35,267 nucleotides of DNA, taken from a virus. Its lineage: Duplodnaviria; Heunggongvirae; Uroviricota; Caudoviricetes. A program made the position numbers and the translations under genes. Where the stretch lies: the IMG/VR virus record IMGVR_UViG_2737471818_000009; one strand, given 5' to 3'. Of this stretch, positions 34,278-35,267 are shown piece by piece (the first letter of the stretch is position 1; the number at the start of each line of letters is the position of its first letter). Below the pieces are notes generated by a model. It saw only the letters and a list, made by a program, of their open reading frames with translations. It did not search any database and was not told the origin of the DNA.

Positions 34278-35267
34278 ATGGCAATTAAAGCGCTCGATGG
34301 TGGACGGTATAAAGTGGATGTTAGACCGCGTGGCCGAAGTGGACGTCGGATTCAGCGGATTTTTAAGAAAAAGGCAGATGCAGTGGCCTTTGAGCGTTAT
34401 GTTCTCAGCCACATGCACGATAAGGAATGGCTTGAAAAGCCAACAGAGCAACGTCATCTCTCAGATCTGCTTCCGTTATGGTGGGAATTGGGTGGACGCA
34501 ATAAGCCATATGCTAACGGCGTTCTAACCAGGTTGAAAAAAATCATCAAAGAAATGAATGATCCAAGGGTTAGCCAGATTAATGCTCGTTTCATGGCAGC
34601 TTATCGAAGCTCCCGTTTATCCTTGGGAGTAAAAGAGTCTACTGTTCGGCGTGATGAGTCGGATCTCGGAGGAATGTTTACACTCTTGGCAAATGCCGGA
34701 GAATTTCACGGAGAAAATCCACTCCGCGCCCTCCCCTCTTTGAAACGAAAATCACCCGAAATGACGTACCTCACTACGGAAGAAATCGCCAAATTGCTGG
34801 ATGCAGTAAGCGGTGATGCTCGGCGGATTACGCTACTTTGTCTCAGTACTGGGGCGAGATGGGGAGAAGCGAAAAATCTGCGCGCGGAACACATCATCAA
34901 TAATCGCGTGACGTTTAACAAAACTAAAAACGGAAAAGTTCGAATTATTCCTGTCTCTGATGAAGTTGTTAGTGAGATCAAAACAAAGAAATCCGGCCTT
35001 TTGTTTGACGTCAATTATGAGGAATATCGCAAGGTGCTTCGCAGTGTTAAGCCAGACCTACCAAAAGGACAGGCTGTACATGTTCTACGCCATACCTTTG
35101 CTGCTCACTTTATGATTAATGGAGGAAATATACTTACGCTCCAGCGAATTATGGGGCACGCCACGATCCAGCAAACTATGACCTATGCGCACCTCGCTCC
35201 TGATTTCCTCCAGGATGCAATTTCACTTAATCCGTTAAAAGGAGGCATCCACATTTCATCCACATAA
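34278..35267 (+). CDS. int: Tyrosine integrase (P2 Int family)
   Basis: 329 aa from ATG 34278 (GGAGGG RBS); N-terminus MAIKALDGGRYKVDVRPRGRSGRR like P2 Int; C-terminal catalytic motifs HVLRHTFA and MTYAHLAP; stop codon is the last codon of the window. Confidence 0.9.
   Translation: MAIKALDGGRYKVDVRPRGRSGRRIQRIFKKKADAVAFERYVLSHMHDKEWLEKPTEQRHLSDLLPLWWELGGRNKPYANGVLTRLKKIIKEMNDPRVSQINARFMAAYRSSRLSLGVKESTVRRDESDLGGMFTLLANAGEFHGENPLRALPSLKRKSPEMTYLTTEEIAKLLDAVSGDARRITLLCLSTGARWGEAKNLRAEHIINNRVTFNKTKNGKVRIIPVSDEVVSEIKTKKSGLLFDVNYEEYRKVLRSVKPDLPKGQAVHVLRHTFAAHFMINGGNILTLQRIMGHATIQQTMTYAHLAPDFLQDAISLNPLKGGIHISST

Larger units (their letters stand above)
1308..35267. mobile_element. Temperate myovirus prophage with P2/186-like head, lysogeny and replication modules and a non-P2 tail gene order; right end at or beyond the integrase, left end near the late-operon terminator (boundaries not defined by att sites)
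   Basis: Contiguous phage gene set from integrase to tail genes; integrase stop codon is the last codon of the window; no att repeat could be identified. Confidence 0.85.

Overview
The window is almost entirely one temperate myovirus prophage (about 1.3 to 35.27 kb) with a P2/186-like backbone; all calls rest on motif and synteny reading, with no database search run. At the right end sit a P2-type tyrosine integrase, C repressor and divergent cox, then a minus-strand early operon of small ORFs ending in a long HUH rolling-circle replication protein A. Beyond A lies a plasmid-type parM-parR cassette with palindromic repeats, translationally coupled to an unknown ORF and an Rrf2-family regulator, then an Ogr/Delta zinc-finger activator and a candidate cos beside the portal (Q) and terminase (P) genes. 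The late genes run leftward: scaffold O, capsid N, small terminase M, L, tail completion, sheath, tube, a lysis cassette, a frameshifted chaperone, tape measure, baseplate genes and two tail fibre/chaperone pairs, then three unassigned genes. The tail gene order is not P2-like, so the element looks mosaic. A Hok/Gef-family type I toxin ORF lies at the left flank. The most unusual content is the plasmid-like maintenance cargo (parMR, hok) and an SPFH lipoprotein pair in the early operon. No tRNA, CRISPR or IS element was recognised.
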